From Balanoglossus misakiensis (lineage: Eukaryota > Animalia > Hemichordata), in contig CM082593.2 of the NCBI GenBank assembly GCA_040954595.2, positions 4,791,434 to 4,855,433 of the forward strand: a DNA stretch of 64,000 nt, given 5' to 3'. The notes below the pieces were generated by a model. That model ran no database searches, had not been told where the DNA came from, and was given only the letters and a program-made list of their open reading frames with translations. The position numbers and the translations under genes are program-made. Positions 47,523 to 60,703 of the stretch are shown in pieces. Positions within the stretch are counted from its first letter, which is position 1. Every line of letters begins with the position of its first letter.

Positions 47523-47624
47523 TATACAACTTTGTGGTGAAGGTGCTGTCGTTCATGCCATAGCCCCTGAAGGAAGGCAACCAGATTGGGGACTGGGGCA
47601 TGAAGACGATCTTATCCATCTCTA
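47523..47624 (-). CDS. ANK: Candidate alternative linker cassette exon (V-EMDKIVFMPQSPIWLPSFRGYGMNDSTFTTKLY-S)
   Basis: 102 nt, acceptor ctgttctgtacag, donor GTAAGT, symmetric phase 1-1 matching the flanking exons, open frame. Confidence 0.55.
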
Positions 47625-48159
47625 CTGTACAGAACAGTACAGAGTGCAACATATGGGAGACGGAAGATATAACAGAAATAATAGAATTGGGGTTGTTATT
47701 ACGCACATGCTAAAAATCAAAGGCAAACCGCTTACAGTTAAATCCACAACACAAAACGGTGCACACCAAAAGACAGACAAAAATTTAAAAAAAATTACAA
47801 TTAGAGATATCTATATACCACTTCATAAATCAAAGAAAGATGTTGGGGATGGTGTTAATGATAACTACAAACATGTTATCACTATATTATAACAGTGCAA
47901 GAGGGAGAGGTTGCTATTACTGAAGTTAACATGTGGAGATTGTAAGTGCTCAAGGAAAAGTCAAAATTTAACAAAAGAGGGAGAATGGAACATGATATTC
48001 AACTTCACATGCCATTGGCATTCATATAAAACACCACCGCAGAGAAAACTCTGTGGCCATTTCTGACAAATTCTAAAAAACACATCAATCAGTAAAATAA
48101 CTCACTGACACACAAGGAGTTTGTGACAGCTGGTATTAATGTCTAGTTAGGATACGTAC

Positions 48160-48238
48160 CCTCATCTTCAGAATCAGACATGAAAGTTTCTTGCATCACT
48201 TCTGGTACTTGAACCTTCAATTTCTCATCTTTCTCAAC
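48160..48238 (-). CDS. ANK: Ankyrin linker exon (VEKDEKLKVQVPEVMQETFMSDSEDE-G)
   Basis: 79 nt, phase 0-1; resembles the conserved VPETMxE...SDEEG linker of ankyrins. Confidence 0.9.
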
Positions 48239-48474
48239 CTGTGAATGATAAGGTAGGTTTATATTGCAGTGCAAGACAGTGCTTTAAATTTGAACTACTT
48301 GGATTTTCTCATGATAATACAATGGGTCTTATCACATTTTTTCCAGGCTTTCATAAAGCATATAAAACTGGTACAGCAACATTAAAATCTTTCACCATAA
48401 AATTTAATGACCAGAACTAGTATCACTAGATTCGTTCTGATTGGTCAACTTCTTTGTGGACAACTTGCACATAC

Positions 48475-48672
48475 CTGTGTGGTTTCTGTGGTAACAGTTG
48501 TCACGGTGACAAGCGTGTTGACGACCGAGATGTAGCCAAGTCGCTTGGCAATGGCCAATGCAGTGTAGCCATTGTTGGTCACCTCGTTGGGGTCAGCACC
48601 GTGCTGTAAGAGTAGATTGATCAGTGCTACGTGTCCTTGCTGTGCTGCCTGGTGCAATGGAGTTAATCCAGC
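48475..48672 (-). CDS. ANK: Ankyrin exon, ANK repeats 23-24 ([14 protein letters not shown]...[22 protein letters not shown])
   Basis: 198 nt, AG/GT flanks. Confidence 0.95.
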
Positions 48673-49052
48673 CTATTGGGGGAAAAATAGCCATAACAAA
48701 GTCATTGACAGGACAGGAACATGTTGTTTAATAAGAATAATAATATTTAATTCTTAAAAAACGCTTTCCATGTAAAATGACATTCCAAAGTGCTGTACAT
48801 AGCTGCTTAAAAATAAAAAATCTAAAAAGTTGTTTCTCAGGTTATACTGTTTATATCTATAGATATGCCTATGTCAACAAACACATGCCTTTAATACAAC
48901 TTGTGTATATGTGTAGTGCTGCTGTTGTTGTTGTTACACTTTAAGGTGTCAACAATAACAATCTTGGCTCCCTAAACTGTCTTCTTCCCAACCCCCCCCC
49001 CCCCCCCCCCTCCCCATAACAAGCTAGCCACATGAAAGAGAACCGTCCATAC

Positions 49053-49250
49053 CTTAGTCTTGGCGTCAACCTTAGCACCTTGCTGCAGCAAGAAGGTAGC
49101 GGTCTTGATGTTGCCATAGTGACAGGCAACATGGAGTGGGGTGTATCCGGCCTTGGTCGGGGCGTCGATGAAAGCGCCGTTGTTCAGCAAGATTGCGGCG
49201 CAGTTGACACAGTCTTCCTGGGCAGCCAGATGCAGTGGAGTCAGTCCATT
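49053..49250 (-). CDS. ANK: Ankyrin exon, ANK repeats 21-22 ([13 protein letters not shown]...GAKVDAKTK)
   Basis: 198 nt, AG/GT flanks. Confidence 0.95.
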
Positions 49251-49938
49251 CTAAAAAATCATTAACAGAAAATAATAGCATTTTAGTTTTGATTTCAGTC
49301 GGCAAATCTCTTCCAGGTTTCTGATTGTCAGTGATTTCATCATGGTTGTAATTATTTCCTTTAATCTGATATACGTCTAATAATGAAGAAAGATGGACAT
49401 AAAATTAATCCTGTATATGTTTCTGTGATGAAAACTAAATGCGGACAAAGTATAGACTGCTCAGCAACAAAAATTTGGTAAAACTATGGAAATTATTGCA
49501 TTCATTATTACAATATACTGATGAGGACCATTATCTTCTTTTGCAAGAAATGGACACATTGTTCCCTCTCTCTCAAACCAATAGCTACATTGGTCATACA
49601 TGCAGGATGAAAAGTGCGACCTCTAACCTCAGACCTCCCAATTAGAATTACAGAGATTGTGTTTCATGTACATGTATACTGGAGGTTTTAATATAAGATA
49701 GAATTACACAAACTTTACATGAATATCCATGTAAAAAATTAATTTTGATGAAATTTGGTTTGAAGAAATGACTCACACAATGTGATCAATACATAAATAT
49801 ATGGTGTTTTTTTGCAATTTCAGGAAAATGATCCGAGTTTAATAGAGAAGTCATTAATATGTGACTTTGGACTGGCATACAAAGGGCAGTGGTGTAGTCT
49901 ATTTTAAAAGTGAGATCAACCAATTTTCAAAGTTGTAC

Positions 49939-50136
49939 CTTGGCTGTAATGTCCGACTTGGCGCCGCGTTCCAGCAGCAGTGTCAACATGTCTGTGTGTC
50001 CCTCCTGGGCGGCCAGATGCACGGGGCTGATGCCGTGCTTGGTTGTTGTGTTGGGCTCGGCGCCGTACTCCAGTAAGGTGGTGGCGATCTCCATCTGGTT
50101 CTTCTTGGCCGCAATGTGCAGTGGGGTGAATCCGTT
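49939..50136 (-). CDS. ANK: Ankyrin exon, ANK repeats 19-20 ([14 protein letters not shown]...GAKSDITAK)
   Basis: 198 nt, AG/GT flanks. Confidence 0.95.
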
Positions 50137-50949
50137 CTAGGAGTCAGAGAGGAGAGACGCGGTCAAAATTGACTCGAGACGTTCGACAATCAAGGGACCG
50201 TGAGAGAAATTGATCCCGGTTTTCAGGAAATGAAACTTGGAAATGATATTCATATATATAATAGACAAAACCAATTTGGTTAACGGGGTGACAGGAAGCA
50301 GAACAGAAACTACACAGGAAGTTGTGTTTTAAAGATCTTCGTGTAAAAAATCATGTTGTTTCACTACGGTGAAAATATTCTATAATTTTATGACTGAGAA
50401 TCTGTTAAAGGAAGTATTTTGAATAATTTCTTCTCAAAAGTAAAACTCCACCAACAGAAATATTCGAGGTTTATCACATTTTGGTGATGGTAATGCATGT
50501 ATTTGATGAAATTGAGATGATAAATTTACTCATTTTTGTCTCTTCCTTTTCAGTGAAGAAAAAAACTGCTATGCTTTCACATTCAGTTTGAAAAAGTAAC
50601 AAGTACATTTGCATCCACGATACTACTGGTAATTTCTGTATTGGCAAATTTCTGTGATCGCTTGGATTGCAACTGTTTTCAGTACGCATATCTCTGTGCC
50701 AAAGTACTGCAGCACATTAGAAATTCCAAAGAGTTGACTGATAAAATAATCAAGATTCCTCACTGGATGTTTATCTGGCCAACATCCTAGATGGCATAAC
50801 AACTGCTTGACGTAATTCTTAAACAAATCCACCCTTTCCCAAGTAGCGACTACATTAATCCCCCAAAAAGAATGTCGGTGTTGGTGAACTAATCCATTCT
50901 GAATAGGGGAGGGGAGGGTAATATGCAATGAGGGACCCCAGGTTCCTAC

Positions 50950-51048
50950 CTTTGCTGAGGAGTGTGGAGAGGCTCCTTGCTCCAGCAACAGCATTGCAAC
51001 ATTGACGTTGTCGTAGTGAGCTGCAACATGCAGTGGAGTCAAACCATT
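50950..51048 (-). CDS. ANK: Ankyrin exon, ANK repeat 18 ([33 protein letters not shown])
   Basis: 99 nt, AG/GT flanks. Confidence 0.95.
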
Positions 51049-51323
51049 CTGTCATGGAAAAACAACAATGAAGTTAAGGCCAAAAGTAGAAAAACAAATG
51101 ACTGTGAAAATTCAAACTCAAGGGGGCGCTGTACCCAAAAGTTCAAACTTTTGTTTTTATTTTTATAACTCTTTTCACTGCAGTATCAAAATTCAGCATG
51201 TCAACTCAACCAATGACAAAACTGTGAAGACAATTCGGTGACGAAATAAAAGGTCGAGAGAAAATTTGACCTGCAAGAGGACATTTTCAGGTTCTGTACA
51301 TAAGTGTAGATTCAGATACTTAC

Positions 51324-51422
51324 ATGGCCAGCTGCGTCTGGGGAGGCATATTTCTTGAGAAGCAAAGAAGCCACTTCCAAACTTCCATATTTGGCTGCCA
51401 CATGCAAAGGAGTAAACCCTTT
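51324..51422 (-). CDS. ANK: Ankyrin exon, ANK repeat 17 ([33 protein letters not shown])
   Basis: 99 nt, AG/GT flanks. Confidence 0.95.
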
Positions 51423-51589
51423 CTGTAAAGTGGAAAAAAAAAAACAGACAGTGATCAACTTCAAATTTCAATTGTCAAAGTTGCTTTTATGACATTTGAT
51501 GGTTACACAGTCATGTGCTACACTTTTCACGGAATGTTGTGGAATGGATCATTCCACATACAAATATCAGGGGTGTCCCTGTTTCTGAC

Positions 51590-51886
51590 CTTGGTGGTGG
51601 TTGAGAGGGACGCGCCATGTTCCAGGAGAACAGAGGCTACGTCTTCCTGTCCCTCCTTGGCGGCAATGTGGAGAGCGGTGTACATGTCCTTGGTCTGGGC
51701 GTCGGGGGAGGCGCCGTGCTGCAGCAGCAACAGAACGATCTCCACGTTGCCCAGACGCGAGGCGATGTGCAGCGGGGTCTGGTTCTCGCGGGCCCGGGCG
51801 TCCACTGCGGCGCCGTTACGCAGCAGGATACGAATGATGTCAATCTGGTTGGCTCTGGCAGCAAGATGAAGTGCTGTCTCACCACG
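51590..51886 (-). CDS. ANK: Ankyrin exon, ANK repeats 14-16 ([14 protein letters not shown]...GASLSTTTK)
   Basis: 297 nt, AG/GT flanks. Confidence 0.95.
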
Positions 51887-52138
51887 CTACAGAAAAAAAT
51901 AATAGGAATATACCATGATTTGTCAGTTAACAAGAAAACGGTAGCTGAAAATTATGCTTTGCGTATGAACATACGTATTCCACCTGATCAACAGTGCCCT
52001 CTATTGACTTGACAAAGTAACCTCTGCAGACACGTGTATAACATTGGTCGTCAATAACCATGACTTTGGGTATATTACTTTGCATTGAATCTCGGAATCA
52101 GAACTTCTGAAAATAATTCTCACGCCACTGCAACTTAC

Positions 52139-52237
52139 CACATTAGCAGTGTCTGGGGATGCGCCGTGTTGCAGCAACTGCAACACAATCTGTACGTGTC
52201 CCATGAAGGCTGCGACGTGCAGTGGTGTCAAGCCAGA
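52139..52237 (-). CDS. ANK: Ankyrin exon, ANK repeat 13 ([33 protein letters not shown])
   Basis: 99 nt, AG/GT flanks. Confidence 0.95.
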
Positions 52238-52357
52238 CTGCAACACAAGAAAATCATCTCTCATGTTACAACACACACAACGATAATCAAGAAGAATATA
52301 ACGGAGGGTATAGAAGGATGAAATCAAGATGGAGAAAATTCACAGGGCGCGGCTTAC

Positions 52358-52555
52358 CTCAGTCACGGTGTGAATGGATGCGCCGTATTTCAGCAAGAGT
52401 TCGATGACCTTGAGACGGTTCTTTTTACAAGCGACGTGCAACGGAGTGAAACCGTTGAGAGCTCGGGCGTCCGGGTTCGCCTTTCTGTCCAGCAGCAGTT
52501 TGGCCACTCGGTGATGTCCGCAATGGGCTGACACGTGCAGTGCGGTCAGGTAGTC
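52358..52555 (-). CDS. ANK: Ankyrin exon, ANK repeats 11-12 ([14 protein letters not shown]...GASIHTVTE)
   Basis: 198 nt, AG/GT flanks. Confidence 0.95.
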
Positions 52556-52975
52556 CTGAGAAAGACCAGGAAATGTTAATATGTGTTCTCATGTACGGTA
52601 TATATTTCTACCATATATCAACTCCAGCTTCTTGTTCTACTCTCAATAGCCTTATGAAATGTAGTCTTTAGCTTCTAATCACAGCCTGTATATGAGTAAC
52701 TGCCACTGTCATTGTTGACAGGAATTCAAGTCCGGACTTCATTACAATATTAATTTATGTTTTACAGAGTAGAACAAGAAACCACAGACGGTACCCAAAA
52801 CGAAATTCTGAGTAAAATAGTCCAATTTTAAACACAGCATGTGTGTTAGAATAATATGTTTCTGAATCTGAATGCACTTTTTTTGCTTTTAATATGAAAG
52901 AAAAACAAGACTTCGGATAAAGAGAAAAATGTGATAGCCCTTGAACACTTCATACAATGGCCTGGCCAAACTTAC

Positions 52976-53173
52976 CACAGTGACATCATCCACAGGTGCC
53001 TTGTGGTACAACAGAAGACGGGCACTGTCCACATGGTCTCCTTGTGCAGCCATGTGCAAGGGAGCCAGTCCATTCTTAGTCTTAGCAAGGATCGGTGCCC
53101 CTCGCTCAAGCAACAGGTCTACCACTTGATCATGGCCGCTTCGCGCTGCGCAGTGCAGCGGGGTTAGTCCATC
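52976..53173 (-). CDS. ANK: Ankyrin exon, ANK repeats 9-10 ([14 protein letters not shown]...APVDDVTV)
   Basis: 198 nt, AG/GT flanks. Confidence 0.95.
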
Positions 53174-56000
53174 CTGCTGAGAACGACATAAATGTTTAAC
53201 ACTGGCTTAAGTACAAATCTACGATGCAATTTTATGTACATGTACCTGTAAATCAAAACATTTGGTGATAAGCTTCCCGGTTATTGATTTTCACCTGCCT
53301 TCCTGTTTTCAAATGATTTTGAAATATTTAGAAAATGTTAGCCCACTTTTTGTCTTACAGACCAAGCTCCTCATCAGCTATTATGTCTCTCATGTCAGAT
53401 TCAATTTCCGACGTCACTTTGTACCCCATTCTCACATCTGCTATCAATGTGACTCCTTGCTCTAAAATCTCCAACAATCTGTCATTTTGAAAGGGTTTTA
53501 AACCATGTGAACTGTTTAGTGTGCAATGTCCTCTAGCAACTCTTTTAAGTGTGGTTCTATTGCGACTTCTCCTTAATAATCAATATTTTACATAAAGTAC
53601 ACTGATATTCAATGTGTTACAAAATACAAGTCATTATTTTCATACATGAATATTTTCATTACATATGGCACAGGATTATAATTGACTAAATCTGGCACAC
53701 ATTGGCACAGATGTTGAATTTGCAATGAAAATGAGTAAAGCCATCAAAAAATGATGAAAACATGCTCCATATTTGCCCGAGAAATCTTGGGAACAATCAG
53801 TAACCAACCAACTGACTGTCCACACAGAACTGCATTTTCTGTCGTTTCAGACATCCAGGAATGTTCGCTTTTCTCTTCAACACACACACATGACAGAAAC
53901 CTGACTTTGAACACTTTGTAATGGGGACATTAGGCATTTTACTGTGTCTTTTACTGCGGTAATTTATCTCAAGTGCCGTTTTTCACGGCACCACTCTACG
54001 CTCCCCGGTTAGCGCTAATTGCCCACCTGTCCACCAAAGTCGTATTTATTGCCACCTTAACCGTCGTAACCACGGTGATCCATCTTTCTAGATTGTCAGA
54101 GAGTGCACCTGAAATACCTGGTGATTAGTTTAGTATTCAGACTCTTTCAAGCTGGACATGAATTTTACAGGAGAAAAAAGACACGACTTGATGGTATATA
54201 GGAACTCAAAATAAAGACTGGATCAGTCCAAGGGATATATATTTAATTTTTTTTTTCAACTTCTTCCCTGGATATTACTTTATCTGACATGTTTATCAAA
54301 ATAATCCTTGAAATCTCCACTGTGCTATAGGAATGATAAATACTTAATGAGTGAACAAATTGGCTACATGTAGCTGCTAGACAGAGTAAACAGATTGGCC
54401 AAAACTGATTCTGTTGCGTGACATTTTCAAGGAAGTTCATGATGAAACAACCGTCCAAATATGGAATGTCAAAGGTCACACTTCTGTCGAAGAGAGTGTT
54501 GAGGGTCAAGCCATTTGCCAAATCAGAGATGCAAAGTGTATTAATGAGTATTAATTATTAAAATTTGGTGACTCATTATCATTGGTGATATACCACAGAT
54601 CATGTATCGCAAATGTAATGAGAATGAAGATAAACAGTTTAGTATCACATCAATGTATCATTCTTGTCACCATGCAGTTGCACCTGCTACGCATTTCATA
54701 AGTGAATTCTCTGTGGGTTTTCCTGTCTCCGAAACAGGTCACTTGATCCATTACTCAAAATTTGAAAAGACCTAAATCAACTTTTATCATCAGCAGAACA
54801 TACAGGAGCTTTTGCAGGTGAACACCAGATGTCAATCTCTTGATTGTCAAAATGGACGAGATCTCTAAAGTTCTCTTCGTGAGGAAGAGATCAATTGGCT
54901 ATCTCCGTTTATTTGAGGGCAAACTTTCCGTTTCTTATCTCTGTGCAAACCATATACAATCTCAGTTTGGAAGACTCTCACAGTGATTTTATTTTTAGAT
55001 CAATCTTTCCCTTCTCAAAAATTCCAGGGTGGTCAAAAATCTAGACTGGTATCTTGTAGGAGTGCAAGAACACTACATTTACCATCTTCAGATGATATTC
55101 ACCCTACATCCCCGAATGATATTGTATGACCTTGACACCATACATGTAACTATAGCTAGGTCATACGGGTAGACAGATTAAGATCATGTCCCTTTCTAAT
55201 TTCCTATCCTACAGATATCTTCATTCAGTTAGGAAGCCACAGAATCCGTCATACATGCACCCCGGGTTCTATTTTCACTTCAGGTCATCCAATGTTGGAA
55301 AGAAAAGCCAAGCCCCCAAATTAAACCCACTTTCAGATGAAAATGACTAGCGGCTCTACAGCAATAAAACGTACCCAGCTGTTATAATCAATTATAAGCC
55401 ATTTTCATCTGGGAGATAAGTGGCTGACCCATAAGGCATGGCTTGCAGTAATTGCCGTAATACAACCCCATTTTGGTATCAGAATGTATCCATTTCACGA
55501 GATTACACATAATGATCTAACTACCCTGGTTAGTCCCCTACACTTTATCTGACCTTAAAAACCACAAAAATGACTTGTGTAAGTCAGCGGTTACGGTAGC
55601 TTCTAACAGTAACTTGATTATACGGTTGCCTTCTTTCCATTTCGCCAGAACCCAACACCTGTGTTTTATTATCTTCTACTCAAGAGCTTTATGAAATATA
55701 ATAAACTTTTACAGTTTCCTCTGGCAAGTTTTCTGCACTATTCAAAACTGTTTTTCATTTGCAAGTGCATACATACATGTATGTGAACTGTCACCCAGCT
55801 AAGAAAGCTACATGTACCAAAATCTATAGTGTAGTAAGTTTAGTCACCGTGGATACCGTTTCAATTTTTCTGGAGCATGATCTATAGCAGCCTTAACATG
55901 TGAAGACTCCACTCCAAGACTTAAGCGCCACGGAAAGGAATTAATGATCGGAGTTGACCTGTCAGTCAAGCCGGGGTCGCAATAATTATCCCACACTTAC

Positions 56001-56099
56001 CCTTGTTCTACCATCAATCTTGGAACCTCTATCCAGCAGTAAGGTCACCATATTGACACGACCCCATTTGGCGGACACATGCAGCGGTGTGATTCCACT
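56001..56099 (-). CDS. ANK: Ankyrin exon, ANK repeat 8 ([33 protein letters not shown])
   Basis: 99 nt, AG/GT flanks. Confidence 0.95.
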
Positions 56100-57037
56100 C
56101 TGTCAAAAGACAAGATGATGAAATATTAATATTTGTAATTGATTTACAAACTGAAATTTAACCGATGATGGTTGAAGGCACAGGATTGCTGACTGCAGCG
56201 CAAGTCCATGAAATACGGTCCCAACATTTGCCAACAATTCAGTATATTTTGGTGTGCAGAACGATGTAATACAACACTATTTGAAAGAAACATCAAGTGA
56301 TAACAATTTTGCCCTGTTATGCTAATGGCTTCAACATAGAATGTACAATGTACATGTGTGTACTGCTTCACAACAGTATATATAGAGATTTTGATTATGT
56401 GTGAAAAACACACATACATATGCTGAGACTTCACTCTGTTTATTTTTTTAACATTGGCCATAAACCACTTTTTGATCAACCAACAAATGCATTGCCACCT
56501 AATAATAATATCAGCTTTGTATGTTGTCATACTGAAATAACACCATCTCATCAACACAAGTACCATTTTTATCAACAAACTGAAGGAGGGATTAATATTG
56601 ACAATTAACAGATTTTGTTCATCCTTCTATGAGAACCATCCAAGGCCTACCTAACATCAAAAGAATTTGACATGGCTATGATACCATTCTAGTCAAGGCA
56701 GTGTCACATTTCACATGTCAAGTTCAGCTGTTGCATTTCGTAGTTTATTCAATTTATGGCGTCTGTGGAAATTCACGTTGTAAATTAAAGGCAAACCCTG
56801 CTTCAATAGCCTACAAAGATTTTAATGCATCTGTCAACATCACATTATCCTGAAAAAGTGCCTCAGTCTTATTCATAAAACTTTCATTTCACACTTCAAA
56901 TTCATTACTTCGGGGAGTTTACTGAACTACCGGAGCATTCAAAAAGCGGAGCTAAAATTTTTCCTCCTGGAACCGACAAGGAGAATGTGTAATGACCCCT
57001 GACCTCTGACCCCCTAGTATCGCAAACATGACCTTAC

Positions 57038-57136
57038 CCTGGCGGCGAAGTCTGCTGCGGCTCCCCTTTGTAGCAGCAGAGTTGCAACGTTGGTGTTTCC
57101 ATAGTGAGCAGCAATGTGTAAAGGTGTGAATCCACT
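57038..57136 (-). CDS. ANK: Ankyrin exon, ANK repeat 7 ([33 protein letters not shown])
   Basis: 99 nt, AG/GT flanks. Confidence 0.95.
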
Positions 57137-57821
57137 CTGGCATAAAAAAAAGCAAAAAAATACCCAATCACAATCAAGGAACTTCATCAATGCATGGCTG
57201 ATTTCTGAAATGCGTTGGAGGGGTCGAACGCTTTCATGTTAGACAATTACGTCGTCAAGAATGCAGGACTTAGTAACGGTCGGAAAGCTTCCGCCAGTGC
57301 CTACGCTTTGATCTCCCCTTTTTGCAAAATTACCGCTTTTCATCAAATCAGCATCAACTCAATTGTGATGTCCTGCACTGAGAACTAAATTTATAGAAAC
57401 CTTCACCACTGTTATTAGCAGCATTTCTGCTCGGTGGATCAGAAAAGACCTACTGCTATAGTAGTTGTGATCATGTCTGACATGATTTATACATTTTGAT
57501 TCAAAATAACCTAGTATTCAATAAAAAAAAACACTCAGGTTTCTAATACAATGTAGATTGATCATGACTTTCACTTCCCTTTTATAAAATTCACATAAAA
57601 CGCAAAATGACCATAAAAAGTCCTACTGCTGTCACAGTTTGTACAACCTGATAAAAGAAACAGGAAGAGTAGTAGAAGCATTCATGAGGCATACTAGAAA
57701 AAAAGATTTAAAGAATGTCAATTTGATTTACACCCACTAGTATTGGTTAGACAGGCCATACTGGTTTTCAGGACACTGATATTATGAAAATTGAATTAGA
57801 CTTTGGAAATTTCGATCTCAC

Positions 57822-58007
57822 CTTGGAATTGACATCAGGGTTGTGGTCATTCTGAAGCAACAAGGCAGCGGCCTTCGTGTCGTCTTTACGTGCAGCGATG
57901 TGCAGAGCGGGAAGTCGCACTTTGCCGGCGCGATCGTTCTCTAACAGCAGTGCGACTACTTTGTCGTGTCCTTGTTGGAGAGCTACAGCTAGTGGAGTGA
58001 ATCCATC
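57822..58007 (-). CDS. ANK: Ankyrin exon, ANK repeats 5-6 ([16 protein letters not shown]...[14 protein letters not shown]...DVNSK)
   Basis: 186 nt, AG/GT flanks, diagnostic ankyrin R5/R6 sequence. Confidence 0.95.
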
Positions 58008-58712
58008 CTGTTTGGGGGAGAAACGAACGTATGAATCAATATTAACTCAAGAATTTAATCAAAATTTGTCTGAAATTATTAATAAGGGGTTCACAATCAT
58101 TCTTGCTGCATTCAGGCCTGTGCATTACAGGAGTTCCCCATCATACATGTGGACAATCCCATTTCAATTTCCCTTTTTTGTTTCTCTAAACGATTAACGC
58201 TATAAAATTATGAAATATCAATATTCTGCATTGCTTGTTGTGTCGCTGTTACTGGATCTTCTGAGAGCTTTGTAAATATTGTTCAAACTAAAATCACATC
58301 CTATCAGTTTTCACAAGAAATCATTAACACAGAGTCTGTACACTTTAGCCCGCAGCAATATTAACAAAAGTATTTTGATCACTGGATGCAAATGTCAAAC
58401 ATATGGTCTGTGTGTGCCCTCTGATTGCAAATTGGGTCAACAGATGTTATTCTGGTAATATTTTATGAATGAAGTGGGACTGTAATGGGTAAACACTCCA
58501 AATTCAACACGGGGGAAAAACCCACTAATTTTCATCCTTCATTTATCATTTATTACAGCAGATCAAAGTACTACAAGATAACATATTAGCTCGCAGGGGA
58601 AACCCTACAGTAACACAAGAGACCAGACAACATGGTCTGTATTTCTGAACAATCTGATATGATGCTGGTTTCGACAGATTCTTGCTGCGGTCAAATTCTA
58701 CGAGAATCTCAC

Positions 58713-58811
58713 CTCAGTTGCCAGGCTCTGGTTGGCTCCGTTGGCAAGCAGGAATCTGACGACCGACTCGTGGTTTTCTTGAGCGGCCATGTACAGTGGA
58801 GTAAAGCCATT
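58713..58811 (-). CDS. ANK: Ankyrin exon, ANK repeat 4 ([33 protein letters not shown])
   Basis: 99 nt, AG/GT flanks, phase 0-0. Confidence 0.95.
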
Positions 58812-60231
58812 CTGAAAGAGAAATTTCGTGAAAAACGTCAGTAAATTTCAATCCGATCATTCATATATTGGAGTCAAAACAGCAAAAAAATGACCTGAGA
58901 TTGTCTCAGAGTACCTCAAAAGCATACAAGCTCGTTAGCCTGATTCAATTAGCCAAATTTACTTTAAGCTATCATTATTTTAACAATTGAACAATTTATT
59001 TCCTTCAGACCAAAACGTGCATGAACCTTTGAATGTGGGTAATTTCATGCTTGTTAATAATTCACTCAATTACTCTGGTTTATTCGGGGGTTTTTTTCAA
59101 ATATCTGCTTGGGATTTTTTGTGCATCGTGGATTATGAATGAATAATTGGTAAATACGCTAATTTCATCCGCTCCAGAACAAAATCACTACAAAAAAGCC
59201 AAAACAGCTTAAATTTGTCCATTCAAGATTGAAACTACAGAGAGCAGACGATGAAAACTGTAGACATTTCATTCAATGTCTCAGACAACTCCAAATTTTC
59301 TTTTATCTTCTCAACCATTCTCCAGTGTATTGGTCAGACTGATCAAAGAAAATGATATTGAGTCTGGGGCCAAAACAACCAAACCCCTCATATTATTCTC
59401 ATAACTTTTAAAAACATGGTTTATGATCAAACATAAACGTGCAAAGGGGCAGAATAAAATTACGTAGTCCCAAACGAGACAGTGGAAAATGAAGATCAAA
59501 GACAACGCAGTACATCTACACAAACAGCCAGGCTTAACTAAAATGAACTTCCCCCATCCTAGCCTCTGAAGTATCGCAATCAGAACAGCATGCAAACTTT
59601 CTCATCAATTCTTCAATGTTCCACGATATCATATCTAGCCCCAAGCCGACAACATTCCTGGCCGATAACACCTCAGTATCAATTATAAAGTATGCACACA
59701 CACACACAGCATTCGTTTATCTGTTTTCAAACTATTGGCTTACAACATTTGGTTTGCATTTATTCAATCGCAAGTTTCAGGAGTAAGTGCAGCTGGACTT
59801 ATGGTCAGGGAAATGAATTTGTCCCCCCTTGATATCAGCTTCTGTGCAGAGGACTTCCCTGGAGTGACATATCTCGAGCTCTGAAAGGAAGGCGCATGCA
59901 ATCCTGAAGCCATAAAATTAACTATCACTGATGAGAACTGTTTTACTGCACAGCAATTTCTTAAAAAGGTAATAGCTTCAGCACTTGACCAAATGGAAAT
60001 TGGATATTTGGCGAGAGCGGTCACACCGTTGCACATTCAGCAAATTAAATTTTGATACAATCTATCAATGCCTTGGGCATCGCAATTCTTTTTTCTTACC
60101 AGTCACTCATTTGTTTTCACAGGTGCAGTGTGTTTTAACATGCAAATTGGGGTGGAGTCAGTATGGGAGGGGACCGAAGGAATGGGGGTGTGGGGGTGGG
60201 GAGGGGAGAGAACTGTCGAATATGGACTCAC

Positions 60232-60330
60232 CAGAGACTGAACATTCACATTAGCTCCATGCTCGACCAAAATCTTCACAATGTCTTTCTGGCCAGCCAG
60301 GGATGCAATGTGCAGAGCTGTGTTTCCTTT
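60232..60330 (-). CDS. ANK: Ankyrin exon, ANK repeat 3 ([33 protein letters not shown])
   Basis: 99 nt, AG/GT flanks, phase 0-0, canonical ankyrin sequence. Confidence 0.95.
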
Positions 60331-60560
60331 CTGTAATTCAATAAAAAACAGATTTCCAGATTAAAAACTATCACCATAAGTAGTAACACACATTATATTA
60401 TACCAGTATATTGATGGTGTAAATCACGCTATTTGATTGGTCGAGACACGACACGTGACCGTGATATATTAGCCATATACCACAGTCATATATCATAGTA
60501 AAAGAAAATGCCTTTTTAATATGTTTTATGCAAAGTTTCAATATACTGGCATAATATAAT

Positions 60561-60703
60561 AGCAATAAAACACCCCCAGCCATGGTATACCACTCGATTT
60601 TGACCAGTTCAACTCCATATACGCACTCGCTATCGCTCGTGCGTATATGTCGTGAACTGGTCAAAATCTCGTGGTATACCATGGCTGGGGATGTTTTATT
60701 GCT
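60561..60703. mobile_element. Near-perfect 143-bp palindrome, probably part of a non-autonomous DNA element that may start near 60397
   Basis: agcaataaaacacccccagccatggtataccac...gtggtataccatggctggggatgttttattgct; arms pair almost to the centre. Confidence 0.6.

Larger units (their letters stand above)
1..60330 (-). other. ANK: Giant ankyrin gene, partial: ANK repeats 3-24, linker, ZU5-ZU5-UPA, death domain, giant acidic C-terminal exons; extends beyond both window ends
   Basis: Phase-consistent chain of GT-AG exons. Translations match canonical ankyrin ([14 protein letters not shown]..., [25 protein letters not shown], death domain). ANK repeats 1-2 and the final exon were not found in the window. 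Confidence 0.97.

Noticed and set aside
400-60200. Many TGCATG (RBFOX) motifs on the transcribed strand
   Set aside because: They also occur in introns around constitutive ANK exons, and CATG-containing words are common throughout, so enrichment cannot be claimed without a background count.
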